Virus record (IMG/VR): IMGVR_UViG_3300000233_000007
Location: 1-64,000 of that record
Source: a virus
Length of the DNA stretch: 64,000 nucleotides
Strand: one strand, 5' to 3'
Each line of letters starts with the position of its first letter. The stretch's first letter is position 1. Below, piece by piece: positions 9,031-18,070 of the stretch. The notes beneath the pieces are model-generated. The model was not told the DNA's origin, made no database searches, and saw nothing but the letters and a program-made list of their open reading frames with translations. The position numbers and the translations under genes were made by a program.

Positions 9031-9665
9031 ATTTTATGTTCTATTAAATTAATAACCTTGTAAACTTCATCAATATAATATTGATAATCAATTTTAGATT
9101 TTATTTCATCAACAGTAGTTAATTCCATATCATTAACAACAGTACATAAATAACCTGCTTCAATATTAGTATTTCTTGGTTTGATTAAAGATTCTTTATA
9201 TTGCTCATAAGTTCCTAAATAACCATTTTTTACTTCTTTATTAAAATCAGTAATCATTTTTTTAGTTTCTTTTTGAGCTAATGGTGGCATTTCTTTAATT
9301 AAAGTAACACCTGTACCATTTTGAATAAATGTTTTTGAATCTTTATCAAATTGTTGATAACCAGAAACATAATACCTAACAATTCTTTGAACTTCTTCTT
9401 GTGATATTATATTACCATTTTCATCAAGTAATCTTGCATATAATTTATCAGTTCTATTGATTTTAGTTCTTTTAAAGAAATCATAAATATCATTATGATT
9501 CATAATAAAATCTTTAACTGGTATATTATTAACAAAATATGCTTCTAATGCTTTTGGTACTATTAACATAGAGAAATTTTTATGAAGTTCTAATTCTCCT
9601 GGTTCTACTTTATATATAAAAGCAGCACCTTTTCTTTTAGCACTTCCATTAGTCTTAACAGCAAT
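9027..9665 (-). CDS. Family-B DNA polymerase, exon 2 (C-terminal thumb/KxY region; 5' boundary approximate)
   Basis: The frame stays open upstream of the listed ATG to an in-frame stop at ~9675: ...KTNGSAKRKGAAFIYKVEPGELELHKNFSMLIVPKAL.... The KxY-like segment follows motif C of exon 1. Confidence 0.6.
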   Translation of the reverse strand: MAVKTNGSAKRKGAAFIYKVEPGELELHKNFSMLIVPKALEAYFVNNIPVKDFIMNHNDIYDFFKRTKINRTDKLYARLLDENGNIISQEEVQRIVRYYVSGYQQFDKDSKTFIQNGTGVTLIKEMPPLAQKETKKMITDFNKEVKNGYLGTYEQYKESLIKPRNTNIEAGYLCTVVNDMELTTVDEIKSKIDYQYYIDEVYKVINLIEHKI

Positions 9666-10660
9666 GTAATTGTTTCACTTTATCTATATACTTTCATATA
9701 TAGGTGGACTATATCTTTAATTACTTGGTATTTTCTCAATATAATAACCTTTAAATAATACTTTATTAGATTTCTTTTTAAACATAGTTGCAATTACATT
9801 TTGTAATTTCATTTTTTGCAACTCATTATAAAATATATTTTTTATAAATGTCATTCTATTATCATACAAATTATAAGAGTATTTAGTTAAATTTTTAGAC
9901 ATTATTTCAGATTGTTGTTCTTTTCTTGAATGATTATCTTTCCAAGATTTTCTTAATTTTTCTGAATGATTATCTCTCAATCCTTCTTTCCATTCCTTTT
10001 TTAATCTATTTGATATTTTTTCAGAAGTTTTTGGATGAACTATCATATTTGTACTACTATCTTTTCTTAAATTATAACCTTTAGAAGAATCAGTTGTATT
10101 ATAATAATCTATCCAATATAATTCTCTATTTGAAATTAAATTCAAATTCTCAATATATTCAATAACAAAAAATTCAAAATTATCAATACTGTATTTGTTA
10201 ATTGAATTTAAAAAATATGAATTTATATGATTGAAATTTTGTCTATTTATTTCATAAATATATTGATGACATCTATTATAAAAACATTTAGTTTTTCCAA
10301 CATAAAGTTTATTATTTTTTAGGTTTCTTATACCATAAATACCTGATTTGTTCTTTAATAATATATTAGGATTCATTGTGAAATTATTTCAACAAAGATA
10401 CATAATTATTATAACTTATCAAACAAACTTTAATAACTATCTTGCTTTTCCCAGTAATAAATTACCAGTACTCCTTTTCAGGATAGTCTCTGAACCTTAC
10501 CCATAATATTTAAGTTATATTTTAGGGTCTTGGCTGCTGATTGTCCATTCATTCATCTCTTTAATTTTCAAGCATTCACACTCACCTTTTCAAGTCATGT
10601 TGTAGCTTAAAGAGCTTTAGGATATTCCAGCAATTAACAAGATTAAGATGCAAACTTTCA
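9666..10660 (-). mobile_element. Putative group I intron in the DNA polymerase gene, carrying GIY-YIG HEG 9717..10376 (boundaries approximate)
   Basis: Non-coding 10377..10616 holds tctctgaacctt (10487) and cttggctgctgatt (10529), shared with helicase intron 2. The 3' end (9676..9716) is near-identical to 3751..3790. Confidence 0.5.
9717..10376 (-). CDS. GIY-YIG homing endonuclease
   Basis: SGIYGIRNLKNNKLYVGKT...NR..QY...N. Confidence 0.75.
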   Translation of the reverse strand: MNPNILLKNKSGIYGIRNLKNNKLYVGKTKCFYNRCHQYIYEINRQNFNHINSYFLNSINKYSIDNFEFFVIEYIENLNLISNRELYWIDYYNTTDSSKGYNLRKDSSTNMIVHPKTSEKISNRLKKEWKEGLRDNHSEKLRKSWKDNHSRKEQQSEIMSKNLTKYSYNLYDNRMTFIKNIFYNELQKMKLQNVIATMFKKKSNKVLFKGYYIEKIPSN

Positions 10661-12137
10661 CATCTTTGATAATCATTTTGGAATACATTACATCTTCAAG
10701 TTCTAAACCAGTAAGAGTTTCCCATCTTCTGCATATAGATTTCATCTGCTCTACATAATTCTTATGAACTCTAACAGTCATACCATCAGTATTAATTTGT
10801 ATCATAGTACAATCAGGAATTTCTTCCATAAATCTTTCTGATAACATACATAATAATAATTGTCCATTAACTGTTGTTTTCATAGTGTAAGCAGGGTCAT
10901 ATAATGCTGAATATTCAGAATTACTTTTACCATAAGAACCATTTAATGCTAATTTCAATGCTAAATTTTCTGCTGGATGTGTTTTCTTATTATAACCTTG
11001 TCTTTCTATGTATATACTTTCATATATATCACAAAATTCTATACCTAAATGTTCAGGATAAAATTTATTTTTAATAGCAAGATTAGGATAATAAGAAGCT
11101 ACATCTACATCCCAAATCTCATATTCATCATCACTAACATAAATACCAGGACTTACAGAACCATGTATTCCACCAACACCAAAATCATATTGAAATCCTT
11201 TGTAAATAACATTTAATGTCTGTTGTTTACCATTTTTCTTTTCAACATAATAATGAGGTTCTAATGAAATTAATTCATCAAATGGAATCTCACTAAATAC
11301 ACCTTTAGTTTCAGTAATTGTTCTTGATTTAAACCATTCAAGTATTTTCTGAAATGGTTCAGTAGTAAATCTAACATAAGGGAATATTACATCATTAAGA
11401 TTAATAAATTCTCTTTTGGTATTTTTGATTTTCTTTCTAACCCCTCTGTCAGTTTCATACTTATCATAAACAACATCTTCTCCTAAATCAGTAATAATTT
11501 TACTTATCAATATATATTCTCCAATTTTAGTTGAATTAAAATTAGTAAAGTCTATTTTGTATTGTGGACTTAATTTTTCTCTTAATTCAATTTCTGGTAA
11601 TGTTTCAACATATACTAATTCAGTAGCATCTACATCATTATCACAATAATCAATTACATTTTGTATTTGTTCATTTGATAATATTGTTCCTGGTTCATAA
11701 GGGAGTTCTCTTATATTCTGCAATCTCAAGTTAAATTGTAACAATTTCAATGAAGTCATTTTTGCTTTATTGTCATAATGATTTATTTTAAACAAATCAA
11801 TTTGCTTTTTAATATAATCATATTCTTTAAAATAAACTTTCTTACCTTTAATAATACTTGTTGAATAATTAAATAATTGACTACAAAAATCTCTTCCTCT
11901 TAATGTCCATAGTTTCATTATAGCATGATGTAATACTGGATAATCATAGTATAAACTATTAAATCCAACCATTTCTTCTACTTCATACTTTAACCATAAA
12001 GCAATATCATTTCTATCATCACCTAATGGACTAACTTGAAATCTTCTTCTTTCTCCTGTTTCACAATGTTTAGCACAAATTAAAAATAGATTAGGATAAA
12101 TTTCTATATCATACACCCATCTTTTTTCATTATTCAT
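10661..12137 (-). CDS. Family-B DNA polymerase (phi29-like compact type), exon 1: exonuclease plus palm motifs A-C
   Basis: Exo I YDIEIY near the N-terminus. Exo II YCDNDVDAT. Motif A DVASYYPN (DxxSLYPS). Motif B KLALNGSYGKSN (KxxxNSxYG). Motif C INTDGMTV (DTDS). The last ~20 residues before the stop look intronic. Confidence 0.75.
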
Positions 12138-12720
12138 AATATTCTAATTTAATGTTTTTTGAAAAATATTTACTTTTCTGTTTTCTTTCTTTACCTATAT
12201 AATAATTAAATAATTTTGGAGTAATTTTAAAAAAATCTGCTGCTTCAACACATGATTCAAATATTTTAATTAATTTGTTATCAATATAATATGCAATTTT
12301 TTTTAATTTAGCTTTTCTAAATTCAATTATATTTTCAGGAACTTTACCTTTAAGTGATTTTGATATTTTTAATTTATGTTCATTAGATAATTTCTTAAAA
12401 CTTCTATTAACACTATCAGAAGCATCTTTAACATTATAAAGTTCTGTTTTTTGTATAGATATATAATATTTTTCTTTTTCTGTTAAATTTTCTTTTACAC
12501 AATACTCTAATATAGAAAAAGAAAAATTTTCTTTTCCATATTTATTATAAGAATGTTGTAAATGAGAATTAGAATGTTTATTATGATTTAATTCAAATCT
12601 ATGATAAATTCCTCTTCTGTAAACATTTTTACTTTGCCCAACATAAACTTTATTATTTAAAAGATTAGTAATAAGATATATACCTGATTTTTCTTGTATT
12701 TGTTTTTTTGATATTTTCAT
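12130..12720 (-). CDS. GIY-YIG homing endonuclease, free-standing; its stop overlaps the polymerase start
   Basis: SGIYLITNLLNNKVYVGQS...YRRGIYH...N. Confidence 0.75.
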   Translation of the reverse strand: MKISKKQIQEKSGIYLITNLLNNKVYVGQSKNVYRRGIYHRFELNHNKHSNSHLQHSYNKYGKENFSFSILEYCVKENLTEKEKYYISIQKTELYNVKDASDSVNRSFKKLSNEHKLKISKSLKGKVPENIIEFRKAKLKKIAYYIDNKLIKIFESCVEAADFFKITPKLFNYYIGKERKQKSKYFSKNIKLEYYE

Positions 12721-12766
12721 TTTACAAATTTACAAAAAAACTTCTATATCCCAAATCCATCTCATA

Positions 12767-13045
12767 CTATAATCTTGTTATATTATTGATATAGATATTA
12801 TTATACCTTTTACCATTCTTTTCAGAACCTTCAAATGAAAACTCAATTTCAACTGTTGAATTTTCATATAAATTATCTAACAATTTTAACTTTGCATTTC
12901 TTACTTCAGGATATAAAACCTGTTCATCAATAGTTTCTATTGTTAAAACTCTTTTATACAAATCAGGAATTCCTGTTCTTTGTATATGCACTAAATCACC
13001 TATTTCAGTGATTACTCCCTTGATTTTCAGATACTCTTTTCTCAT
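12767..13045 (-). CDS. Small hypothetical protein (possibly OB-fold)
   Basis: 92-aa ORF. 4-nt overlap with the Dda-like helicase start. Confidence 0.45.
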   Translation of the reverse strand: MRKEYLKIKGVITEIGDLVHIQRTGIPDLYKRVLTIETIDEQVLYPEVRNAKLKLLDNLYENSTVEIEFSFEGSEKNGKRYNNIYINNITRL

Positions 13046-14370
13046 ACTTTATATAAAATTAATAATTCACTTGCTCTTGTTACTGCTGTGTATAACAATC
13101 TTTTCTTTTCTTTTTCATTTTGGTTGATATTCAAATTCTTAATATTAACAATTGCTTGTTTATATGTAGAACCTTGACTTTTATGAACTGTAATTGCATG
13201 ATTATATTTCAAATCAGCAAATTGTTCAACAAATTCAAAATAGTCTTTCCAACCAATATCAGCAAACTTGGCTTTATCTTTCAATAACTTAACAAGTTTA
13301 TCAAATTCTTTTTCAGAATCTTCATGTATAACAATTATATTATCTACCCAACCAGCTTTTGTAAAATCACTCTCTTCCATATATATAGGATTTATAGAAT
13401 AACATTTTAAAGTTATATACCTATATTTTGGTTCTTCATTTTCAGTTGGGTCATCAACTCCTGTCTTGTTAGATAAATATTGAAATTGTTTTTCAAAAAC
13501 TCTACTTGATTTAACTAATATTTCTTGATTAGTAAAATAATCTTCTTTATATGGTGCATTAAAAACTAAAGTTTCTCCATCTTCAATTTTACTTGGTTTA
13601 CCATAAATTCTTTCTCTTACTTTTTTATTAATTTTATCTACCTCATTATTAGTATATGCAAGGTATTTGAGTTCATCAGTACCATTTATTTTTGCTAAAG
13701 TTTCAATAATTTTATCTTCATCATAAGTATAAATATATCCACCTATTTCACTTCTTTGTGCTTCTTTTGTGTTTATAAGTGATAAATTTCTACTTAAATC
13801 AATGATAGGATTACCCCCTTTTTGTCTTACTATTTCTGTAAGTTCAACTTCAGGATAATCTCTCATAAATACTGGTGATTCCTCTTCATTTACAGGATTT
13901 AATTGTTTATCATCACCAATAAAAATAACTTTACAATTATTTATAGTGGCATGAGCTTCTATATAATCCAAAAGTTCCTCGTTAACCATTGATGCTTCAT
14001 CTATTATAAATAGTTTTACATTTTTTAATGGTGGATATTTTGGGTCAAAAGAAGGTTTAAAAGAAATATCACCTGTTTTGTAATCAATATTTCTTTTTAA
14101 TTTTAGTGCAGCATGAGTAGTAATAAACTGAAGATTATCATATTTTTGAACCTTATCCTTTAATACTGAAACTGCTTTATTTGTAGGTGCAGAACAATAT
14201 ATATGTTCAGATGATTTGATATTCTTTGATAAAATACTAATTAAAGTATCAACCATATATGTTTTTCCTACTCCTGCTGAACCTTTTATTCTTAATCTAT
14301 CACTCCTATTAAGAATAAACAAACTTTCATCAAGTCTTTGTTGCTGATGGTCTGTTAATGCCATAATCAT
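13042..14370 (-). CDS. SF1 Dda/RecD-like DNA helicase
   Basis: Walker A GSAGVGKT, motif II FIIDEASMV, motif V-VI ITVHKSQGSTY / LYTAVTRA. Confidence 0.8.
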   Translation of the reverse strand: MIMALTDHQQQRLDESLFILNRSDRLRIKGSAGVGKTYMVDTLISILSKNIKSSEHIYCSAPTNKAVSVLKDKVQKYDNLQFITTHAALKLKRNIDYKTGDISFKPSFDPKYPPLKNVKLFIIDEASMVNEELLDYIEAHATINNCKVIFIGDDKQLNPVNEEESPVFMRDYPEVELTEIVRQKGGNPIIDLSRNLSLINTKEAQRSEIGGYIYTYDEDKIIETLAKINGTDELKYLAYTNNEVDKINKKVRERIYGKPSKIEDGETLVFNAPYKEDYFTNQEILVKSSRVFEKQFQYLSNKTGVDDPTENEEPKYRYITLKCYSINPIYMEESDFTKAGWVDNIIVIHEDSEKEFDKLVKLLKDKAKFADIGWKDYFEFVEQFADLKYNHAITVHKSQGSTYKQAIVNIKNLNINQNEKEKKRLLYTAVTRASELLILYKV

Positions 14371-14617
14371 TTATTTTTTCAAATGCTAAATTCATCTTTG
14401 AATTATCAGCAAAGTGGATAGATTTAACTCTATTAATCATCCAATCACTAAACTCCATTCTTTCTTTAACATATACTACTGATTTAACAAGTATTCCTTT
14501 TTCTTGTTCATTATTTAATTTGCTCATAAAACTCTTTTTTAATTGATAATGCAAAAAAAATAGAGTATCACAAAAGTAATACTCTATTTTCCTATAAAAA
14601 CTCATAATTTTGAACAC
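14330..14617 (-). CDS. Hypothetical protein
   Basis: 95-aa ORF overlapping the helicase start. Confidence 0.35.
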   Translation of the reverse strand: MFKIMSFYRKIEYYFCDTLFFLHYQLKKSFMSKLNNEQEKGILVKSVVYVKERMEFSDWMINRVKSIHFADNSKMNLAFEKINDYGINRPSATKT

Positions 14618-14653
14618 TAATAAGTTTTTTTTAAAAAACTCTTGTATTAAATA

Positions 14654-15283
14654 TTACAATGATTGTCCTTCTGGGATATGTACTGTACTATTTAATTCAG
14701 CTTTGATTACTGGACTTGCATAAAAATCTGCTGGGTCAACATTTCTTGAATCTACATCTTCAGCAGCAGTTTTGCTAAAAGCAATTCTTCTGTACTGAAC
14801 TTTTCCATCCTTTAATGCTAACATACCTGCATTTTCAGCTCCTTCAGGAACTCTAACAACCTGTCTATTAGCAAATGTATCAATAGTTACATTTGGTAAA
14901 TCTGGATTGTCAATTGCATGTTGTTCTGTATCAGCAATAATTGGCTTGTTAGATAAAATTCTATACAAGTTAGCTTCAGGGAACTTTTTAAGTTGCTCCA
15001 CTACACTTTCTCTTGTACTTCCTTCTGGTACATCAATCCAAGCAATTCTTGTTTCTTTGTTTGGAAATGATTTTTCTTCAAAACCAAAATCAGCCATAGC
15101 AAAAATATTTTCATTTAATGAATTAGCCACAGACTTTGTTGGATAGTAACTTACTGTTGTTACAGTCTGTTTTAGCTCTGCTGTTAATGTGCCTTCTTTT
15201 TGGTAATCAGATTTACTAACTTTTGATACTGATAAAGCTGATACTTCTACTTCTTTTCTGATGTTATTATTTTTAGTTTCCAT
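14654..15283 (-). CDS. Hypothetical protein (GC-richer, Ala/Val/Pro-rich)
   Basis: 209-aa ORF. Its composition is unlike the neighbouring Lys/Asn/Ile-rich proteins. Confidence 0.55.
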   Translation of the reverse strand: METKNNNIRKEVEVSALSVSKVSKSDYQKEGTLTAELKQTVTTVSYYPTKSVANSLNENIFAMADFGFEEKSFPNKETRIAWIDVPEGSTRESVVEQLKKFPEANLYRILSNKPIIADTEQHAIDNPDLPNVTIDTFANRQVVRVPEGAENAGMLALKDGKVQYRRIAFSKTAAEDVDSRNVDPADFYASPVIKAELNSTVHIPEGQSL

Positions 15284-15379
15284 CTTTTTAAAAATTTTAA
15301 ATTAATACTTAAATTTGAATTGTTACACTTTCAGATGTTAAAGTGTGAAAACCTATTTATTCCCAATATGTCAATGAAC

Positions 15380-15700
15380 TTATTTTTTACCAAGTAATTT
15401 ACCAAAGATTCTTTTAAAGAATCCTGGTTCTTCTGGTTGTGATTGTTTTTTAATCTCTTTCATCATTTTTTCATAGCTTTTTCTCTCTTCTGGTATGTAT
15501 TCATTAGCTTTTTGTAATGCTAATACTCTTTTATAACTAATACCAGGACCTTTAACTGGATAATTTCCATAAGGATTAGGAGTAATTGCATATCTACCTG
15601 ATGATTTGATTCTTTTATAGAAATCAAAATTGAAAGTAACTTTATTCCATACTGGAATAAGATTCATTCTTTGTATTTTTCTTGTAAATGATTGTGCCAT
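15380..15700 (-). CDS. Small basic hypothetical protein
   Basis: 106-aa ORF, Lys/Arg-rich. Confidence 0.45.
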   Translation of the reverse strand: MAQSFTRKIQRMNLIPVWNKVTFNFDFYKRIKSSGRYAITPNPYGNYPVKGPGISYKRVLALQKANEYIPEERKSYEKMMKEIKKQSQPEEPGFFKRIFGKLLGKK

Positions 15701-15876
15701 CTTTATAATTGTGTTATGGTTGTATTTGTTTGTGTAAAATATTCTACTGCTTTATCATAAGCAATTCCTAAAAGAAAAATATCTCTTTCATTTCTGATAT
15801 AGATAACTATTTCCTTATTCTTTAGTAAATGTATATAACATTGTACTATTGCAATCATTTCTTCTACTAATTTCAT

Positions 15877-16419
15877 TTATTTAAGTAATAATAGTTTATA
15901 ATTACCAGAATAACCTAAAGGCATTAAATCATCTTTATTAACATAAAGTCCAAAATATCCTTCAAGAAATGGATATAAATTAACTGGTTCATCACCAAAT
16001 ACATAAGATGGTACTACTCCATATTTATATTTCCAATCATTTGAATCATTTATTAATGGCTGAAAAATACCATCTGGTTCATATAATTTAGACATTAAAA
16101 TATCTTCTTTATTTTCTGACATACCATGATAAATAAATAATGGTTTATCATTCATAAAACAATATATTGCTTCTGAATATTGACCTTTACCAACAAATGT
16201 TTTCCATTTACTTTTTTCCATTTTTGTTGGATTTACCATAGGAGCAAGAACAACAAAGTCTGCTTCTTTTAAATCTTTATCACTATATGTTCCTGATTTG
16301 TATTCTGTAACTTCAAAACCAGAACCAATAAGAGATTTTCTTATTGGTTCAATTATTGTGTCTGATAATTGTAATGATTTACTTAAATAAACTTTTAATG
16401 GTTTATTTGTTTTTATCAT
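15877..16419 (-). CDS. Nucleoside 2-deoxyribosyltransferase-like (NDT-fold) protein
   Basis: N-terminal KVYLSKSL strand, ADFVVLAP, then GKGQYSEAIYCFMNDKPLFIY resembling the NDT DSGTAFExGyAxAxGKPV segment. A weak, pattern-level match. Confidence 0.45.
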   Translation of the reverse strand: MIKTNKPLKVYLSKSLQLSDTIIEPIRKSLIGSGFEVTEYKSGTYSDKDLKEADFVVLAPMVNPTKMEKSKWKTFVGKGQYSEAIYCFMNDKPLFIYHGMSENKEDILMSKLYEPDGIFQPLINDSNDWKYKYGVVPSYVFGDEPVNLYPFLEGYFGLYVNKDDLMPLGYSGNYKLLLLK

Positions 16420-16705
16420 TGAACATATATTTTAATGTTTCATTAGCAATTGCAATTTCAGCATCAATTAATTTAATATAAACTAATGCTTTTTGATAAT
16501 CATTTGCCCAAGATTCAAGTTTTGTTTCACTTGTTTCTACTGTAATCATTTCTAATTCTTCTTTTTTAGCTAATAGAGAATCTCTTTTGGCATCAAGATT
16601 ATCAACTAATCTTTCTTGATTTCTTTTTAATTGTCTTGCAATTCTTTCTGCTGCTTTTTGATTTAACTCACCTTTTTTAGCTGTTAAAATGTTTAAATTT
16701 TTCAT
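16403..16705 (-). CDS. Small coiled-coil protein
   Basis: 100-aa ORF with heptad-like Lys/Glu/Leu periodicity. Confidence 0.45.
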   Translation of the reverse strand: MKNLNILTAKKGELNQKAAERIARQLKRNQERLVDNLDAKRDSLLAKKEELEMITVETSETKLESWANDYQKALVYIKLIDAEIAIANETLKYMFNDKNK

Positions 16706-16767
16706 TGTTTTAAAGTTTTAGATATTAATATAAATGTTTGTATATTTTTGTGTTTTTGAAAGTAGAA

Positions 16768-16782
16768 GAAAAGCTGGTTATT
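16768..16782. repeat. Iteron-like 15-mer GAAAAGCTGGTTATT, copy 1; followed by its partial inverted complement CAGCTT at 16791
   Basis: Exact 15-mer repeated at 17086. The 10-mer core is inverted at 17277. Confidence 0.7.
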
Positions 16783-17085
16783 ATGTATAACAGCTTGATT
16801 ATTAAATAGTTAAATAATATATGTGTATTTTATTCTTATGAGTTTACTGTCATTTCAGATACACAAATAAATAGCAGTAATATAATATCTTATACTTTCC
16901 GAAGGTATAAAATACATATTGTTTATCTCTATTTCATAGCAGTTATTACTTAATATAAATAGTTCAGTTATCTATATTGTTCATTGAATACTTGCATCCA
17001 TACCAAGTGCCTTATTATTATTTATTATAAAGAAAAAGCTATTAATATAATATCTTATGATATTTTAGCTTTATTTAAAGTTAAG

Positions 17086-17100
17086 GAAAAGCTGGTTATT
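17086..17100. repeat. Iteron-like 15-mer GAAAAGCTGGTTATT, copy 2
   Basis: Exact repeat of 16768..16782. The second 16-mer family TAATATAATATCTTAT also occurs twice (16878, 17043). Confidence 0.7.
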
Positions 17101-17276
17101 TGTAGTGGAACACACACTCAACACATCAAATTAATCAGTTAAATAACTTATCTCTGCTAAATAAGATAATTATTTAATAAAACTAATAGTTTATGTTAAT
17201 TTTGCCTAATGGTAAGTGAGTGTTATTGACTTCTTTATATTACAATATTACATTCTAATATTTTAATACTACAAAT

Positions 17277-17291
17277 TAACCAGCTTTATAT
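17277..17291. repeat. Inverted copy (TAACCAGCTTTATAT) of the AAGCTGGTTA iteron core
   Basis: Reverse complement of AAGCTGGTTA. Confidence 0.6.
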
Positions 17292-17390
17292 ATTTTTAGG
17301 TGTTAATCAAATTCATCATCATATTATCTACCACATCTGAATACTCCTTATTTGACTAAACACCTTAATTATAAGGTATAACATATTAGT

Positions 17391-17419
17391 CTCAAAATTA
17401 GTGTGGGTTTTTAGGGTAG
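17391..17419. repeat. G-rich ~30-nt motif CTCAAAATTAGTGTGGGTTTTTAGGGTAG, copy 1
   Basis: Identical 29-mer at 17884. Degenerate copies at 18044 and 18333. Confidence 0.8.
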
Positions 17420-17556
17420 GATATAATGATAAAAAATAATATGACATAAGGTGCTTGGTTTTAGTAGTGTTGTTAAATAAAAAATAACTAAAATAATAAT
17501 ATTAGTTAGGAATTAGTAAGGGTTTTTAAGATATGCTGAATGAGAAAATAAATAAA

Positions 17557-17574
17557 GGGAGCATTTCTGCTCCC
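17557..17574 (-). terminator. Intrinsic terminator for minus-strand gene 17581..17853
   Basis: GGGAGCA-TTTC-TGCTCCC hairpin immediately 3' of the stop, followed on the minus strand by TTTATTTATTTT. Confidence 0.6.
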
Positions 17575-17580
17575 AATATA

Positions 17581-17853
17581 CTACAATACTTCTTCTGCTG
17601 GGTTATACATAACAATTCTGATTGCTGTGTATTCTCCTTGTTCTCCTGTTCTTACAGCTTCCTGTAATCCCAGAGAATCAATGTTTGGGTCAGCTTTCAG
17701 TTTTGCAACAGTATCTTTGTGTAAAGATACAGCAACTCTGTTTTCATTATCCCAATGTCTCATCCACTCTGTGTTGTTACCTTCAGCATCTTTTGCTGTG
17801 TTAAGGTTGAATTGTGGAATTCCCAATTTTGATTTGATGTCTGCTAATTTCAT
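17581..17853 (-). CDS. Small GC-richer hypothetical protein (90 aa), isolated in the switch region
   Basis: Clean ORF. Motif copy 2 sits 31 nt upstream. Terminator hairpin just downstream. Confidence 0.6.
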   Translation of the reverse strand: MKLADIKSKLGIPQFNLNTAKDAEGNNTEWMRHWDNENRVAVSLHKDTVAKLKADPNIDSLGLQEAVRTGEQGEYTAIRIVMYNPAEEVL

Positions 17854-17883
17854 AATGTAAATATTTAAAATTAATAATTAATA

Positions 17884-17912
17884 CTCAAAATTAGTGTGGG
17901 TTTTTAGGGTAG
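17884..17912. repeat. G-rich ~30-nt motif, copy 2 (exact)
   Basis: Read on the minus strand it ends ...CACTAATTTTGAG, which contains TAATTTTG (fits the Bacteroidota -7 TAnnTTTG consensus), 31 nt before the ATG at 17853. Confidence 0.8.
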
Positions 17913-18043
17913 TTGATGGATAAAACAAAAAGGGATAACCCCTTAATGTCTATCATAGTTTATTACTTCTGCTATATTAGAAGTTAAACTACCATCTGGT
18001 AATTGATACATTGTTTTCATAATATCCTGCTTAATAGTTAATA

Positions 18044-18070
18044 CTCAATATTTGTTTGGGTTTTTAGACA
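18044..18070. repeat. G-rich motif, degenerate copy (CTCAATATTTGTTTGGGTTTTTAGACA)
   Basis: Shares TTAATACTCAA..T.TG.GGGTTTTTAG with copy 2. Confidence 0.5.

Noticed and set aside
3483-12137. Inteins or naturally split subunits, as an alternative to introns, for the interrupted helicase and polymerase
   Set aside because: The intervening ORFs are GIY-YIG enzymes with their own starts and stops, and the gaps contain stop codons in the host-gene frame plus 220-300 nt of non-coding structured RNA, so in-frame inteins are excluded. Split subunits are unlikely because one break lies inside the Walker A loop. Transcript data are still needed.
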